30,683 nt of DNA from Granulicella sp. (GCA_027339965.1 DAHWNL010000075.1:1-30683), one strand, 5' to 3'; shown: positions 9,918 through 19,173, numbered from the stretch's first letter. Notes: generated from the letters alone by a model not told the origin. Numbers and translations: made by a program.

Positions 9918-10101
9918 AAGGAAACATTACCGAATCAGAGAGAGAAAGCCCACAACTCCAGCCGAGCGGATCCCGGCCCTCGTCGAGTTCAGCGTCAGGA
10001 TATCGATCCGAAGGGAGTGGCTGCTTGCGGCTCTCTGAAATGTACCGTATTCTGATCACATAAAGGGTAAACAATCACTTTAATCTCAAAAGAGACGCAT
10101 A

Positions 10102-11244
10102 GTGTCAACATCTTCCCCTCTCAAGCCCGCACCTTTTGCTCATTGGATGCTACGCGAGATCTACGAACAGCCCGACACTTTGCTGGCCACCATCCAGCAC
10201 TACGTTGCGGACGGGCACCTTCGCACCGAAACCTGCTCGGCCATCATTGACTGGCTGGGGCGTGTGCGCACCAAGATCGTGATCGCCGCCAGCGGCTCCA
10301 GCCGCCACGCCGGGCTTCTAGCCGAACTCTTGGTGGAAGATCTGAGTTCCATCCCGGTGGATGTGGAGTACGCCAGTGAGTACTCTTACCGTCCTGAGAA
10401 GGGCTTGACCAACAGCGCCCTTCTGGTGATCTCCCAATCCGGCGAGACCGCTGACACATTAGCCGCTCTGCGCAAAGCCAAAGCAGTGGGCAATCAGACT
10501 CTGGCGATCACCAACGTGGAGGGATCCACGATGGCGCGGGAAGCTACCGTCTCCTTCCCAACCCTGGCCGGCCGGGAGCGCGCGATTCCCGCCACCAAGA
10601 GCTTCACCGCTCAGTTGCTTAACCTGTATCTTCTGGCACTGATGAGCGCCGTGGCGCGGAAGACGCTCGACGCCGCAGAGATCAGGATGCGTTTGGCGGA
10701 GATGGAAGCTCTTCCCAGCCTGGTGGAGACCCAACTCCGCGGTTGGGAGCAGTTGGTTCGCCAGATCGCAGCCAGTTACCGCACCGCAAAGAACTTCCTG
10801 TTCCTTGGCCGTGGATTGCACTACCCCATTGCGCGCGAAGGAGCTCTGAAGCTGAAGGAGTCCGCCTATCTGCACGCGGAAGGCTACCCGAGCGGGGAGT
10901 TGAAACACGGCCCCAATGCTCTGGTCTCCCCCGCCACGCCATTGGTGATGATGGCTACCGTGGATTGGGCAGCCCCGGACTCGATCCTGCGCTACGACCG
11001 GGTAATTCATCTCATGCAAGAGATGCGCCGGCAAGGAGCCAGCATTCTGGCCGTCGCCAATGAAGGCGACAAGACCGTCTCCGCTCTGGCCGACCACACC
11101 ATCCCTGTGACGCAAGTTCGCGAGCCTGTGCTGGCCATCTGTGAGACCATACCATTGCAGCTTTTCTCCTACTGGATGGCCACCAACAACGGAGTTGATG
11201 TTGACAACCCCAGAAACCTGACCAAAGCGGTGTTGGCAGAGTAG
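10102..11244 (+). CDS. Double-SIS GlmS-like protein without glutaminase domain; probable glucosamine-6-phosphate deaminase (NagB-II type)
   Basis: HWMLREIYEQP, ISQSGETADTL, ATKSFTAQL, EGALKLKE, ELKHGP, PRNLTKAV. No N-terminal Cys/glutaminase domain. Function inferred from context. Confidence 0.88.
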   Translation: MSTSSPLKPAPFAHWMLREIYEQPDTLLATIQHYVADGHLRTETCSAIIDWLGRVRTKIVIAASGSSRHAGLLAELLVEDLSSIPVDVEYASEYSYRPEKGLTNSALLVISQSGETADTLAALRKAKAVGNQTLAITNVEGSTMAREATVSFPTLAGRERAIPATKSFTAQLLNLYLLALMSAVARKTLDAAEIRMRLAEMEALPSLVETQLRGWEQLVRQIAASYRTAKNFLFLGRGLHYPIAREGALKLKESAYLHAEGYPSGELKHGPNALVSPATPLVMMATVDWAAPDSILRYDRVIHLMQEMRRQGASILAVANEGDKTVSALADHTIPVTQVREPVLAICETIPLQLFSYWMATNNGVDVDNPRNLTKAVLAE

Positions 11245-11294
11245 CGGAACAGCGGCGAAGTCCGAAAGCCCTGAGCGTTGGAGTGACTGATTGC

Positions 11295-12245
11295 ATGGCG
11301 TTCTTCTTAGCCGTTGACGTAGGCGGCACCAAGACCGATTATCTGTTGGCTGATGAATCTGCTGAGCTTTGCCGCACCCGGACCGGAACCATCAAACGGA
11401 TGCGCACGGACGCCTCCTCGGCTGCTGCCAACCTGGATCAGGCGCTGGACGAGCTCACGGCCAGAAGCGGCGTCTCGATGCGAGCCATCACCCGCACCTG
11501 CGTCGGAACCGCCGGAGAGACGGTTCCTCTAGTCACGGATTGGCTGCGGCAAGCCTTTTCTGCCCGCGTCTCAGGCGATCTGCTCCTGCTCGGAGATGTC
11601 GAGATCGCATTAGATGCCGCCTTCCACGGCGGAATCGGCGTGCTTGCGATGGCCGGTACGGGCTCCAATGTGGCCGGGCGACGACCGGATAGCTCCGTTG
11701 TCACCGCAGGAGGCTGGGGCCCTGAACTTGCCGACCAAGGCTCGGGCCACCGTATCGGCCACGAAGGCCTGCGCGCCGTATTTATGGCTCGCGACGAAGG
11801 CCGCTCGACACTGCTTCTGGACGCCATCATGGCTTTCTGGGAAGTACCCTCCCTGGGACTGCTGGTGGAAGCCGCCAACGCCCGGCCTGCACCCGATTTC
11901 TCTCGCCTCACCGAAGTCTTTCTGGACTGCGCGCGAAAGGGAGATGCGGTTGCCTCTGAGGTCCTTCGCCAGCAAGGCAAGGAGCTGGCTTGGCTGGTTC
12001 GCCTGGTGATCCGTCAGGTGTATGCGGCAACCGCTGCTGCCGGCTCCGGCCGCAAAGCCGAACTCCCCAGCGTGGCCCTGACCGGCTCCATCATGGAGAA
12101 GGTTCCACCCGTCCGCGAGGCCCTTGTGGCTGATATTCGTTCCGAGTTTCCAGCCATCCATGTCCGGGAAGGCGTCGTCGATCCTCTGCTTGGGGCTTTG
12201 TGGCGCGCCCAGAACCCAGTGCTGCCGCCCGGCCAAGGTCGCTGA
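11295..12245 (+). CDS. BadF/BadG/BcrA/BcrD-type sugar kinase, probable N-acetylglucosamine kinase
   Basis: AVDVGGTKT, AGTGSN, AGGWG..LADQGSG, LTGSI. ATG 11295 (GTG 11283 is an alternative). Confidence 0.9.
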   Translation: MAFFLAVDVGGTKTDYLLADESAELCRTRTGTIKRMRTDASSAAANLDQALDELTARSGVSMRAITRTCVGTAGETVPLVTDWLRQAFSARVSGDLLLLGDVEIALDAAFHGGIGVLAMAGTGSNVAGRRPDSSVVTAGGWGPELADQGSGHRIGHEGLRAVFMARDEGRSTLLLDAIMAFWEVPSLGLLVEAANARPAPDFSRLTEVFLDCARKGDAVASEVLRQQGKELAWLVRLVIRQVYAATAAAGSGRKAELPSVALTGSIMEKVPPVREALVADIRSEFPAIHVREGVVDPLLGALWRAQNPVLPPGQGR

Positions 12246-12281
12246 ACGGCTTGATCGCAGGAGCTGGGTGCCGAGGCGCGT

Positions 12282-12320
12282 CCCGCATCTTCCTGCTCAG
12301 CGATGTGGGCCTGCAGGATG
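12282..12320. repeat. REP-like palindromic intergenic repeat, copy 1
   Basis: CCCGCATC-N12-GATGTGGG-CCTGCAGGATG, similar to the copy at 16219-16255. Lies between convergent genes. Confidence 0.55.
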
Positions 12321-12432
12321 TCAAGGTTCCCGCCAAAATCGAGCACCCCATCGGAACCGCGTTTCTTCATACCGCCCGGTCCAGCACGGACACCTCTCAT
12401 TGCACCGGGCCATTCCGTCACCCAGGGCTTCC

Positions 12433-13743
12433 CTACCCGCAGTCCCTTGGCTCCGCCGGTGTTTTCTGCGTGTTGCTGCTCAGCCGCATCAGCCATCCCA
12501 TCAGCATCAGGGCTCCGATGTAAAGATAGGACTGCAACAAATTCCACCCGCGCAGATTTGCCAAGTAGTTGAAGGCGGGGAGAAAGTTCAAGCAGAGGAA
12601 GGCCGCAACGGCCAGCATCCATGGAGGACGAGTCCACCAGCAGGCATGGGCAAACCACGCCCAGGCCGCAATCCCCAGCACAATTCCGTAATGGTGCTCC
12701 CAGGCCATGGGGGAGGCGGCCACCGAGACAATCCCCATCACCGCCAGATCCGCCGTTGTTCCTCTCCAGGTCTTCCACGGATAGAGCAGAGCCAAGCCCA
12801 CCAGAAAGAGCGAGCTGGCCACCGTGACCCCATAGACCCAAGGAATATAGCGTGTGTAGACGTACGGATGGTAGAGCAGATTCTCGCCGTTGAAGATCAT
12901 GCGGTTGATCGTGCCAAACATCGACTGGTTGGCGTAGTGGGACTGCGCTTTGTGACTCAATCCAGCCAGCACGCGCAGATAGTCCAGATTGTTGCGCCAA
13001 CCAAATACGGCCACCGAAGCCGCCAGCAACAGCGCTGCGCAAGCCAGAAACGCCCTTGCCGCGCCCCATCGTCTTCGCACCAGCATCCACACCAGCAGCA
13101 GAATAAACTGCGGCTTTACCGCCGTCAGCATAGCGGCCACCGCGCCGGCCCAAGCTTCGTAGCCGGTGGTCCATAGCAGCAGAAGCAGAGTAAATCCCAA
13201 CGACAGGAAGGTCTGCGCGTTGCCCAGCGAGTACCCCTTGAGCAACGGATAGCATCCCAGGGTAGCCAACACCACAGCCAGCGCCGCCGGCCAGGTCATC
13301 TCTGCACCCCGCTGCCGCAGCAGCCATCTTCCCATCGCAATGGAAGCGGTCGCCACACCCCACACCGCCGCAAAGGAAAGAACCGCCAAGGTCCGCAGCA
13401 TGGCTGCATCGCTCAAACCCAGCTTGCGCATGGCCACCAGAGGCAGTTCACTGGCCAGGGAGTAGATGAGCGTGTCATACAGCTTGGCGTCGTAGATCGG
13501 CAGGGTGGGGTGCGCCCGGAAGTAATCGAGCGACTTCATCATCGGCAGCCAGGAGTCCGTCCACTGCCGAACGTGGAAGAACGCCGTGAGATCGGGAATC
13601 ATATTCCCCGGATTGCCCAGATGCAACGCCCGGCAAAGCGCCCATTGTCCCACATTGGCCAGCAGCAGGCTCACCACCACGAACCCCAGAAGCCGCCGGT
13701 CATGCGTTCTTGCCCCAGCTCTCTGCGACTGGATCGATGTCAT
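12433..13743 (-). CDS. GT87/DUF2029-like multi-pass membrane glycosyltransferase (GT-C fold)
   Basis: Many hydrophobic segments; LGNAQ, AVKPQF, NQS and SPMAWEHHY motifs. Confidence 0.82.
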   Translation of the reverse strand: MTSIQSQRAGARTHDRRLLGFVVVSLLLANVGQWALCRALHLGNPGNMIPDLTAFFHVRQWTDSWLPMMKSLDYFRAHPTLPIYDAKLYDTLIYSLASELPLVAMRKLGLSDAAMLRTLAVLSFAAVWGVATASIAMGRWLLRQRGAEMTWPAALAVVLATLGCYPLLKGYSLGNAQTFLSLGFTLLLLLWTTGYEAWAGAVAAMLTAVKPQFILLLVWMLVRRRWGAARAFLACAALLLAASVAVFGWRNNLDYLRVLAGLSHKAQSHYANQSMFGTINRMIFNGENLLYHPYVYTRYIPWVYGVTVASSLFLVGLALLYPWKTWRGTTADLAVMGIVSVAASPMAWEHHYGIVLGIAAWAWFAHACWWTRPPWMLAVAAFLCLNFLPAFNYLANLRGWNLLQSYLYIGALMLMGWLMRLSSNTQKTPAEPRDCG

Positions 13744-13779
13744 GCGACCACCATATCAAGCCGAGAATATCATCGAGGC
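13744..13779. promoter_or_regulatory. Back-to-back -10 boxes for two putative leaderless transcripts
   Basis: Minus strand TATGGT (13755-13750) + 6 nt + ATG 13743; plus strand TATCAT (13768-13773) + 6 nt + ATG 13780. Confidence 0.6.
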
Positions 13780-14543
13780 ATGGACCGTATCGACCGCTTC
13801 ACGGGGCGAGCCGCTCTCTATGGCCGCTACCGTCTGCGCTATCCCGGAGAGATGATTCTGGATGGTCTGAAGACCTGGTGCGGCCTGCAACCGGAGTGGC
13901 CGGTCGCCGACATTGGAGCCGGCACAGGCATGCTCTCTGAGGTCTTTCTCTCCAATGGCAATCCGGCGCAGGCGATCGAGCCCAACAGTGAGATGCGCAG
14001 CGCCTGCAGCCAACTCGGAGCTGACTGGCCGCGTCTCCAGGTTCGCAAAGGCACTGCGGAAGACACTGGCTTCGTCGCCAACTCCGTCGCCGTAGTGGCC
14101 GCCGGCCGCGCCTTCCATTGGTTCGACGTTCCGCGCGCTCTGCTCGAATTCCGGCGCATCCTCCAACCTGGCGGCTGGCTGGTGCTGGTCTCCTAGGCCG
14201 GGCCAAAGATGACTCCCCGCAATCCATAGCCTTTGAAGATCTCCTCATCACGCACGGCACTGACTACGCCTACGTCCGCGCTGGCTATCGCGTTCACGAG
14301 AACCTCCACCAGGTCCTCACCGCCGATCACGGCTGCGGCAAGATCCGTGGCCAGCAGATCCTGGACTGGGAATCTTTCCTCGGCCAGACCCAATCCCTCT
14401 CCATCATTCCCAAGCCCGACCACCCCGGCTACCCCGCCTTCGAGCAGCAGCTTCGCATCTTCTTCCACACCTATGCAGTGGCTGGCCTGCTCACGGTTCC
14501 AACCTCTTGCTGGATCGACGCCGGTCGCATCGGCCCCGCCTGA
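13780..14543 (+). pseudogene. Class I SAM-dependent methyltransferase split by a 1-nt frameshift (pseudogene or sequence error)
   Basis: MDRIDRFTGRA...VADIGAGTGM...AFHWFD...LQPGGWLVLVS then TAG at 14194-14196. The natural continuation LGRAKDDSPQ...CWIDAGRIGPA is in the -1 frame to 14543. Confidence 0.85.
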
Positions 14544-14594
14544 AGCGGGCTCGCCTTCCTCGAACATCCGCCCGGCAGCAGATGGGCCTCGATA

Positions 14595-16106
14595 TCAGCA
14601 CTCAATCACATTCAGCGCCAGTCCTGCCAGGCTGGTCTCCTTATACCGTGACTGCATATCCATTCCGGTGCGGTACATGGTCTCAATCACCTGGTCCAGT
14701 GAGATCTTGTGCTCTCCCTGATCATGCATCGCCAGACGCGCCGCATTCACCGCCTTCACCCCTCCCATGCCGTTGCGCTCGATGCAGGGAATCTGCACCA
14801 GCCCTCCAATAGGGTCACAGGTCATTCCCAGGTTGTGCTCCATGGCGATCTCGGCCGCGCTGGCCACGGTCGCATTGTCGCCATTCAAGGCAGCAACAAG
14901 TCCGCCCGCGGCCATCGAGCACGCCACCCCTACCTCACCCTGGCAACCCACCTCTGCGCCGGAGATGGAGGCGTTCTCTTTGTACAGAATCCCAATCGCA
15001 GCCGCCGTCAAAAAGTACCGCAGCAGCCCCGCCCGGCGTTGCTCGGGGCTCTGCGCAGCGGCTGCGTGGTGCACATAGTAGTAGGCCACGGCTGGAATCA
15101 CGCCTGCCGCGCCATTGGTGGGCGCCGTAACCACCCGTCCCCCGGCAGCATTCTCTTCATTTACCGCCATGGCCACCATAGTGACGGTGTCCAGCGGGGC
15201 CAGCGGATCGCTGGCAACATCCTTCTTTTTCATCTCCGCCAGCCTTCGCGCCAGCCCGGGAGCGCGCCGTCGCACGTTAAGCCCACCCGGAAGCACTCCC
15301 TCAGTTCGAATTCCGCGCTGGATCGATTCCTCCATCGCCTGCCAAAGAGCCAGGATGGCTGCCTCGATAAGTTCCTGGTCGGGGAGGCTACCCACCGTTG
15401 GGCGGGTTGGAGTCGGAGCCGGGCCCTGCCCGGGCCGCAAAGGACTGAGGATCCGCTCAATCCGGCGCATAATCTCCGGGTCTTGGAGCAACGCGACCTC
15501 ATTGGCCAACACCATCTCAGCGATCGTAAGACAATGCTGCCGGCCCAGGTGCAACAACTCATTGGCGCTGGAGAAGGCGTAGGGAACAGAACGGGTCTGG
15601 AGGCCGTTTGCGCCCGCCGCAAACTCCGGGGCGGAGAGGATAAAACCGCCGCCGATGGAGTAGTACACCTGCTCGAACAAGACATCTCCCTGCTGGTCCC
15701 GGGAAGAAAAGCGCATTCCATTCGGATGCGTCGCCACCTCAGGGTCCGGATACATCTGATCGCGATGAAGGTGCAGATCCAAGGCAGGATCAAAGCGCGC
15801 GCTATGTTTTCCAAAGAGCTTCAGGGTTCGGGTGGTCCGCAGGGACTCCAGGCGTGCATCGATGGTCTCCAGATCTACCCTATCCGGCGACTCCTCCAGC
15901 AGGCCCATCATCACGGCGCGGTCGGTTCCGTGACCGATGCCGGTCAGCGCCAGCGACCCATATAAATCCACCGTCAGCGCAGAGCCAAAATTGTCCTGCG
16001 CAGCCATCTCGCGCACAAATCGTAGCGCTGCGCGCATGGGTCCCACCGTATGCGAACTAGAAGGCCCGATTCCAATCTTGAATAACTCGAAGAGGCTTGT
16101 ATTCAT
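14595..16106 (-). CDS. sdaA: L-serine ammonia-lyase (Fe-S, single chain)
   Basis: IGIGPSSSHTVGPM, VTAPTNGAAG, GAEVGCQGEVG, TCDPIGGLVQIPCIERN, YKETS. Confidence 0.96.
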   Translation of the reverse strand: MNTSLFELFKIGIGPSSSHTVGPMRAALRFVREMAAQDNFGSALTVDLYGSLALTGIGHGTDRAVMMGLLEESPDRVDLETIDARLESLRTTRTLKLFGKHSARFDPALDLHLHRDQMYPDPEVATHPNGMRFSSRDQQGDVLFEQVYYSIGGGFILSAPEFAAGANGLQTRSVPYAFSSANELLHLGRQHCLTIAEMVLANEVALLQDPEIMRRIERILSPLRPGQGPAPTPTRPTVGSLPDQELIEAAILALWQAMEESIQRGIRTEGVLPGGLNVRRRAPGLARRLAEMKKKDVASDPLAPLDTVTMVAMAVNEENAAGGRVVTAPTNGAAGVIPAVAYYYVHHAAAAQSPEQRRAGLLRYFLTAAAIGILYKENASISGAEVGCQGEVGVACSMAAGGLVAALNGDNATVASAAEIAMEHNLGMTCDPIGGLVQIPCIERNGMGGVKAVNAARLAMHDQGEHKISLDQVIETMYRTGMDMQSRYKETSLAGLALNVIEC

Positions 16107-16218
16107 CACTCCCGCCAGCAACTCCGCCACTCAGATTGTAGTCTTTCCACTGCGGGTCCATCGACCCAGCTTCAGGACGCGGCCGCTGCTGTCAGGGATG
16201 GCCGGGAATCGCGGGCGG

Positions 16219-16255
16219 CCCACATCCCGCTTTTGAGATGAGGGCCTGCAGAATG
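16219..16255. repeat. REP-like palindromic intergenic repeat, copy 2
   Basis: CCCACATC-N10-GATGAGGG-CCTGCAGAATG, followed by a further CCCACATC half-site at 16265-16272. Confidence 0.55.
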
Positions 16256-16739
16256 CTCGGGCATCCCACATCCACCAGTCCGGATGAACGTTTTGGCGGC
16301 AAAGATCTGGACGCCGGGTAACACCCGGCGTCTTCGCATATCCACAAAGAGACATCTGGCACAGCTCCGCCCATTGCCTGTCCCGCCGGTAAGCCATCGA
16401 AATACCCAAAACCGTCTCTCGAACTACGCGCCGATCGCTGACAAAGCGCGCGATCTCTCGCGATCCGGATCAGATCCATACCTTCCACAGGATCGGTGCC
16501 AAACCGCTCTCTTGGCGCGAAGACTCCATCGTCTGCTGCCTGGTCATCCAACTCCCATGGGTACGGGAACTTGTGCCCTTTCTTTCTGCCTCCTGGTGAC
16601 GCTCACCTTTATCTTCTGCGAAACGCCCCTCATGGCATGTTCTTGCGCTGCCGGAGCGTTCGCGAGAAAGGCGGCTTTTCGTTCGCTCTTCTTGGCTTTC
16701 GGATGGCGCGGTAGACCCGTTTCAGGATGGTCACCTACG

Positions 16740-16776
16740 AAAAGGGCGGCTCGGTTCGCAAGGAACCGGGCCGCCC
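16740..16776 (-). terminator. Probable intrinsic terminator of the lipoprotein gene
   Basis: 14-bp GC-rich inverted repeat with one mismatch (GGGCGGCTCGGTTC / GAACCGGGCCGCCC), then TTTT on the minus strand, ~40 nt after the stop. Confidence 0.7.
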
Positions 16777-16813
16777 GACCACACGAGCTAAAACTGCATG
16801 GATGGCAGAGTCA

Positions 16814-18004
16814 CTACGGAGCCATACCCGTTGCGCCCTGGCTGAGTTGCACCACCGTGTTGGAGTTGTCGTCATTGAAGAAAACCTTCTGCGTGGCCAA
16901 GCTGGTTCCTTCTGTAGCGATGCCAAAGATAGCTCCCGCATTGCCGCTGTCCACGGACATGGTCCCAACTTCCATGCCTGTTGCCGGGTTGATTTCCACC
17001 ATATTGTTATCGCCGGTATTGCCTACAATCAAATCTCCGTTATATAGCAAGGCGGAACTGATCGGATAGTTGAGCGGCATCCCTGAGTACACCACGCGTG
17101 CCTGGCTGGCGGCCGGACCGCTGAAGGTCAGGCTCATGGATGTCGAGGTTCCCGAGCTGTAGTAGCCACCGGAGCTCGTGCTCATGGAGCTGGCCGCTAC
17201 GGTGATTCCATTCGCCGGAACGGTGGACACCTTCGAGATCGCCACGATCGAATTTGTGTCGGAGGAGATGATGTATAAGGTGTCCGAGTTCGGATCGTAG
17301 GTTAGTCCAGCGGGCGCGAGGATGCCATATTGTTTTGACACCGTGGAGGGAAAACCACTGACGATTTGCTTGAAGACGAAGCCAGTGCTCGTGATTTGCA
17401 CGGCGACGATCGATCCGTTAGCGGCTTGGGAAACATAAAAAGTAGGATCTGCGGTGATACCACTGGTCGTGGATGGAGAAGCGAAGATCTGCCCCCATGG
17501 CTGATCCCAGGAATAGCTGGTCGCCAAAGTGGACTTGACCGTGCCCGTAGGTTCAACAATTGGATTGTCATTGGCTGTATAGGCCGCAACCCATATGTTG
17601 TCCGTGGAGCCCAAAGCCAGAGCGTCGCATCCGGCAAGGCTGGAACTCTGTGCAATCCTCTTCGGCATGGAGCCCGCATTGGGAGCGAGATCTTCTATGG
17701 TCGTTCCCGCGCCGGATGTTCCTGAACTGTTGTTGAAGTTACAGACAATCAAGTCTCCCGCGTTGATAGGCCCTGAGGCAGCAGGTGCGATGGCAAGGCC
17801 GTAGGGATTGCTATCTCCATTCTCGGGATCGACTGTAGATCCAATCGTCGCTTTGGCGGTGAGTTGACTCAGAACGCTCGGAGTTGAACCCATCATGCTA
17901 GAGCTACCCGACATGGAGTTGGATGACATACAGCCTGTGAATAACAAGCCGCAACAAAGTGCTGAACAGCACATGGCAAAACCGGAAACACCTTTTGAAA
18001 ACAT
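16814..18004 (-). CDS. Ser/Thr/Gly-rich putative lipoprotein of unknown function (possible beta-propeller)
   Basis: Long ORF; LLFTGC lipobox-like site; repeated NPYGLAI / APAGLTYDP / AIFGIAT blade-like segments. Start uncertain (18004 or 18064). Confidence 0.8.
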   Translation of the reverse strand: MFSKGVSGFAMCCSALCCGLLFTGCMSSNSMSGSSSMMGSTPSVLSQLTAKATIGSTVDPENGDSNPYGLAIAPAASGPINAGDLIVCNFNNSSGTSGAGTTIEDLAPNAGSMPKRIAQSSSLAGCDALALGSTDNIWVAAYTANDNPIVEPTGTVKSTLATSYSWDQPWGQIFASPSTTSGITADPTFYVSQAANGSIVAVQITSTGFVFKQIVSGFPSTVSKQYGILAPAGLTYDPNSDTLYIISSDTNSIVAISKVSTVPANGITVAASSMSTSSGGYYSSGTSTSMSLTFSGPAASQARVVYSGMPLNYPISSALLYNGDLIVGNTGDNNMVEINPATGMEVGTMSVDSGNAGAIFGIATEGTSLATQKVFFNDDNSNTVVQLSQGATGMAP

Positions 18005-18243
18005 CTGCACACCCCATTTCCCTAAGAAGTTGCTCGCTGGCCTCTTTTTGCTTTGGTTACGCATCGAGCTGCCAGAACTGTGACAACAATTTCCTCAGTC
18101 AGTTTAGGGAAGGCCTTGCGCTCTCAGATCGGTTAAGAGTGGTCATTTCAATCTCACCTTAACTTGCAAGCAACAATCTCTTGCTCGAATTGAGTGATGG
18201 TAAAAGGTGACGTCAAGCGGCTTGTGTAAAAACGCGGGGTTGC

Positions 18244-19173
18244 CTACTGTGATGCAGCATCATCCTCGAAGAAGTCGTTGTCGACGCGCTTGACGACGTA
18301 GGTGCTCTCAGTAGAGATGCCGACCTCGAAATCGAACATAAACGCAGCTAATTCCGTACCGTCAATGAGAATGACCTTCGTTTCAAGGCTGCTGGCGTAC
18401 TCGCGGGCGTCCTTCGTAAATGTAGACGTTGTAAGAAAGATCCCCTTCCGCGCCCGTTTGCCAAGCAGGGCACCGACGAACTTCTGAATCTCAGGACGGC
18501 CAACACTCGCGTCATCCCATCGCTTCGCCTGAATGTAGATCTGCTCGAGTCCGAGCCTGTCTTCCTTGATAACGCCGTCAACGCCCCCGTCGCCTGACTT
18601 GCCAATCGCCTTTCCAGCGTCGGCTAACGTGCCGCCATAGCCCATGGCCGCAATCAGCTTTACCACCAATCGCTCAAAGAACTCTGGTGAACAGTGCTTC
18701 ACCCGCTCAAGCGCGTCTTCTTCAATCTGCCTCCGCCGATTCAAGTAGCCGGTCGCCATCAAGTCATCGGGGGTATCTGTTTCAACATTCAACACAGCGC
18801 ATTCGTTCTGCTCTGATGTTGCTGTTCGTGAACGTTTCTGGAATTCAACAAACTCAGGGAACCTGCGAAGAAAGGCGTTGTCGATTCGCTCCGGCTTCTC
18901 CGCCAACACCTGTTTGCCACGGTCGGTGATGCGGAACTGGCCGCGCTGAACGTATTCGATGAGGAGGGCATGTTTGGTGTAGGTCCGTGCCCATCCAACC
19001 CGATTATCGAAAATCTCTTGCTTGCCGCTTGGAAGCAGTTCCTTTCTTTCCGCTTCAGTGAGCCCAAACTGCCGGGCGAGTTCGTCTACCGCATCGCGCT
19101 TGGTGTGTATCTTGCCGTCACCGGCTATTTTCAGCAGCGGCAGCATCAGGGTCTGGTAGTCGGGTATCGGCAT
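18244..19173 (-). CDS. mrr: Mrr-family (type IV) restriction endonuclease
   Basis: MPIPDYQTLMLPLL, NRVGWARTY (Mrr_N); FFERLV, SGDGGVDG, YIQAKRW, KGIFLTTSTFT (Mrr_cat). Confidence 0.95.
   Translation of the reverse strand: MPIPDYQTLMLPLLKIAGDGKIHTKRDAVDELARQFGLTEAERKELLPSGKQEIFDNRVGWARTYTKHALLIEYVQRGQFRITDRGKQVLAEKPERIDNAFLRRFPEFVEFQKRSRTATSEQNECAVLNVETDTPDDLMATGYLNRRRQIEEDALERVKHCSPEFFERLVVKLIAAMGYGGTLADAGKAIGKSGDGGVDGVIKEDRLGLEQIYIQAKRWDDASVGRPEIQKFVGALLGKRARKGIFLTTSTFTKDAREYASSLETKVILIDGTELAAFMFDFEVGISTESTYVVKRVDNDFFEDDAASQ

Noticed and set aside
16711..16726. GTAGACCCGTTTCAGG as an IS5-like end
   Set aside because: No partner repeat or transposase remnant was found.
16284..17069. 261-aa plus-strand ORF and 119-aa minus-strand ORF 16192-16551
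   Set aside because: No motifs; they run through the terminator, the repeat or the lipoprotein gene.
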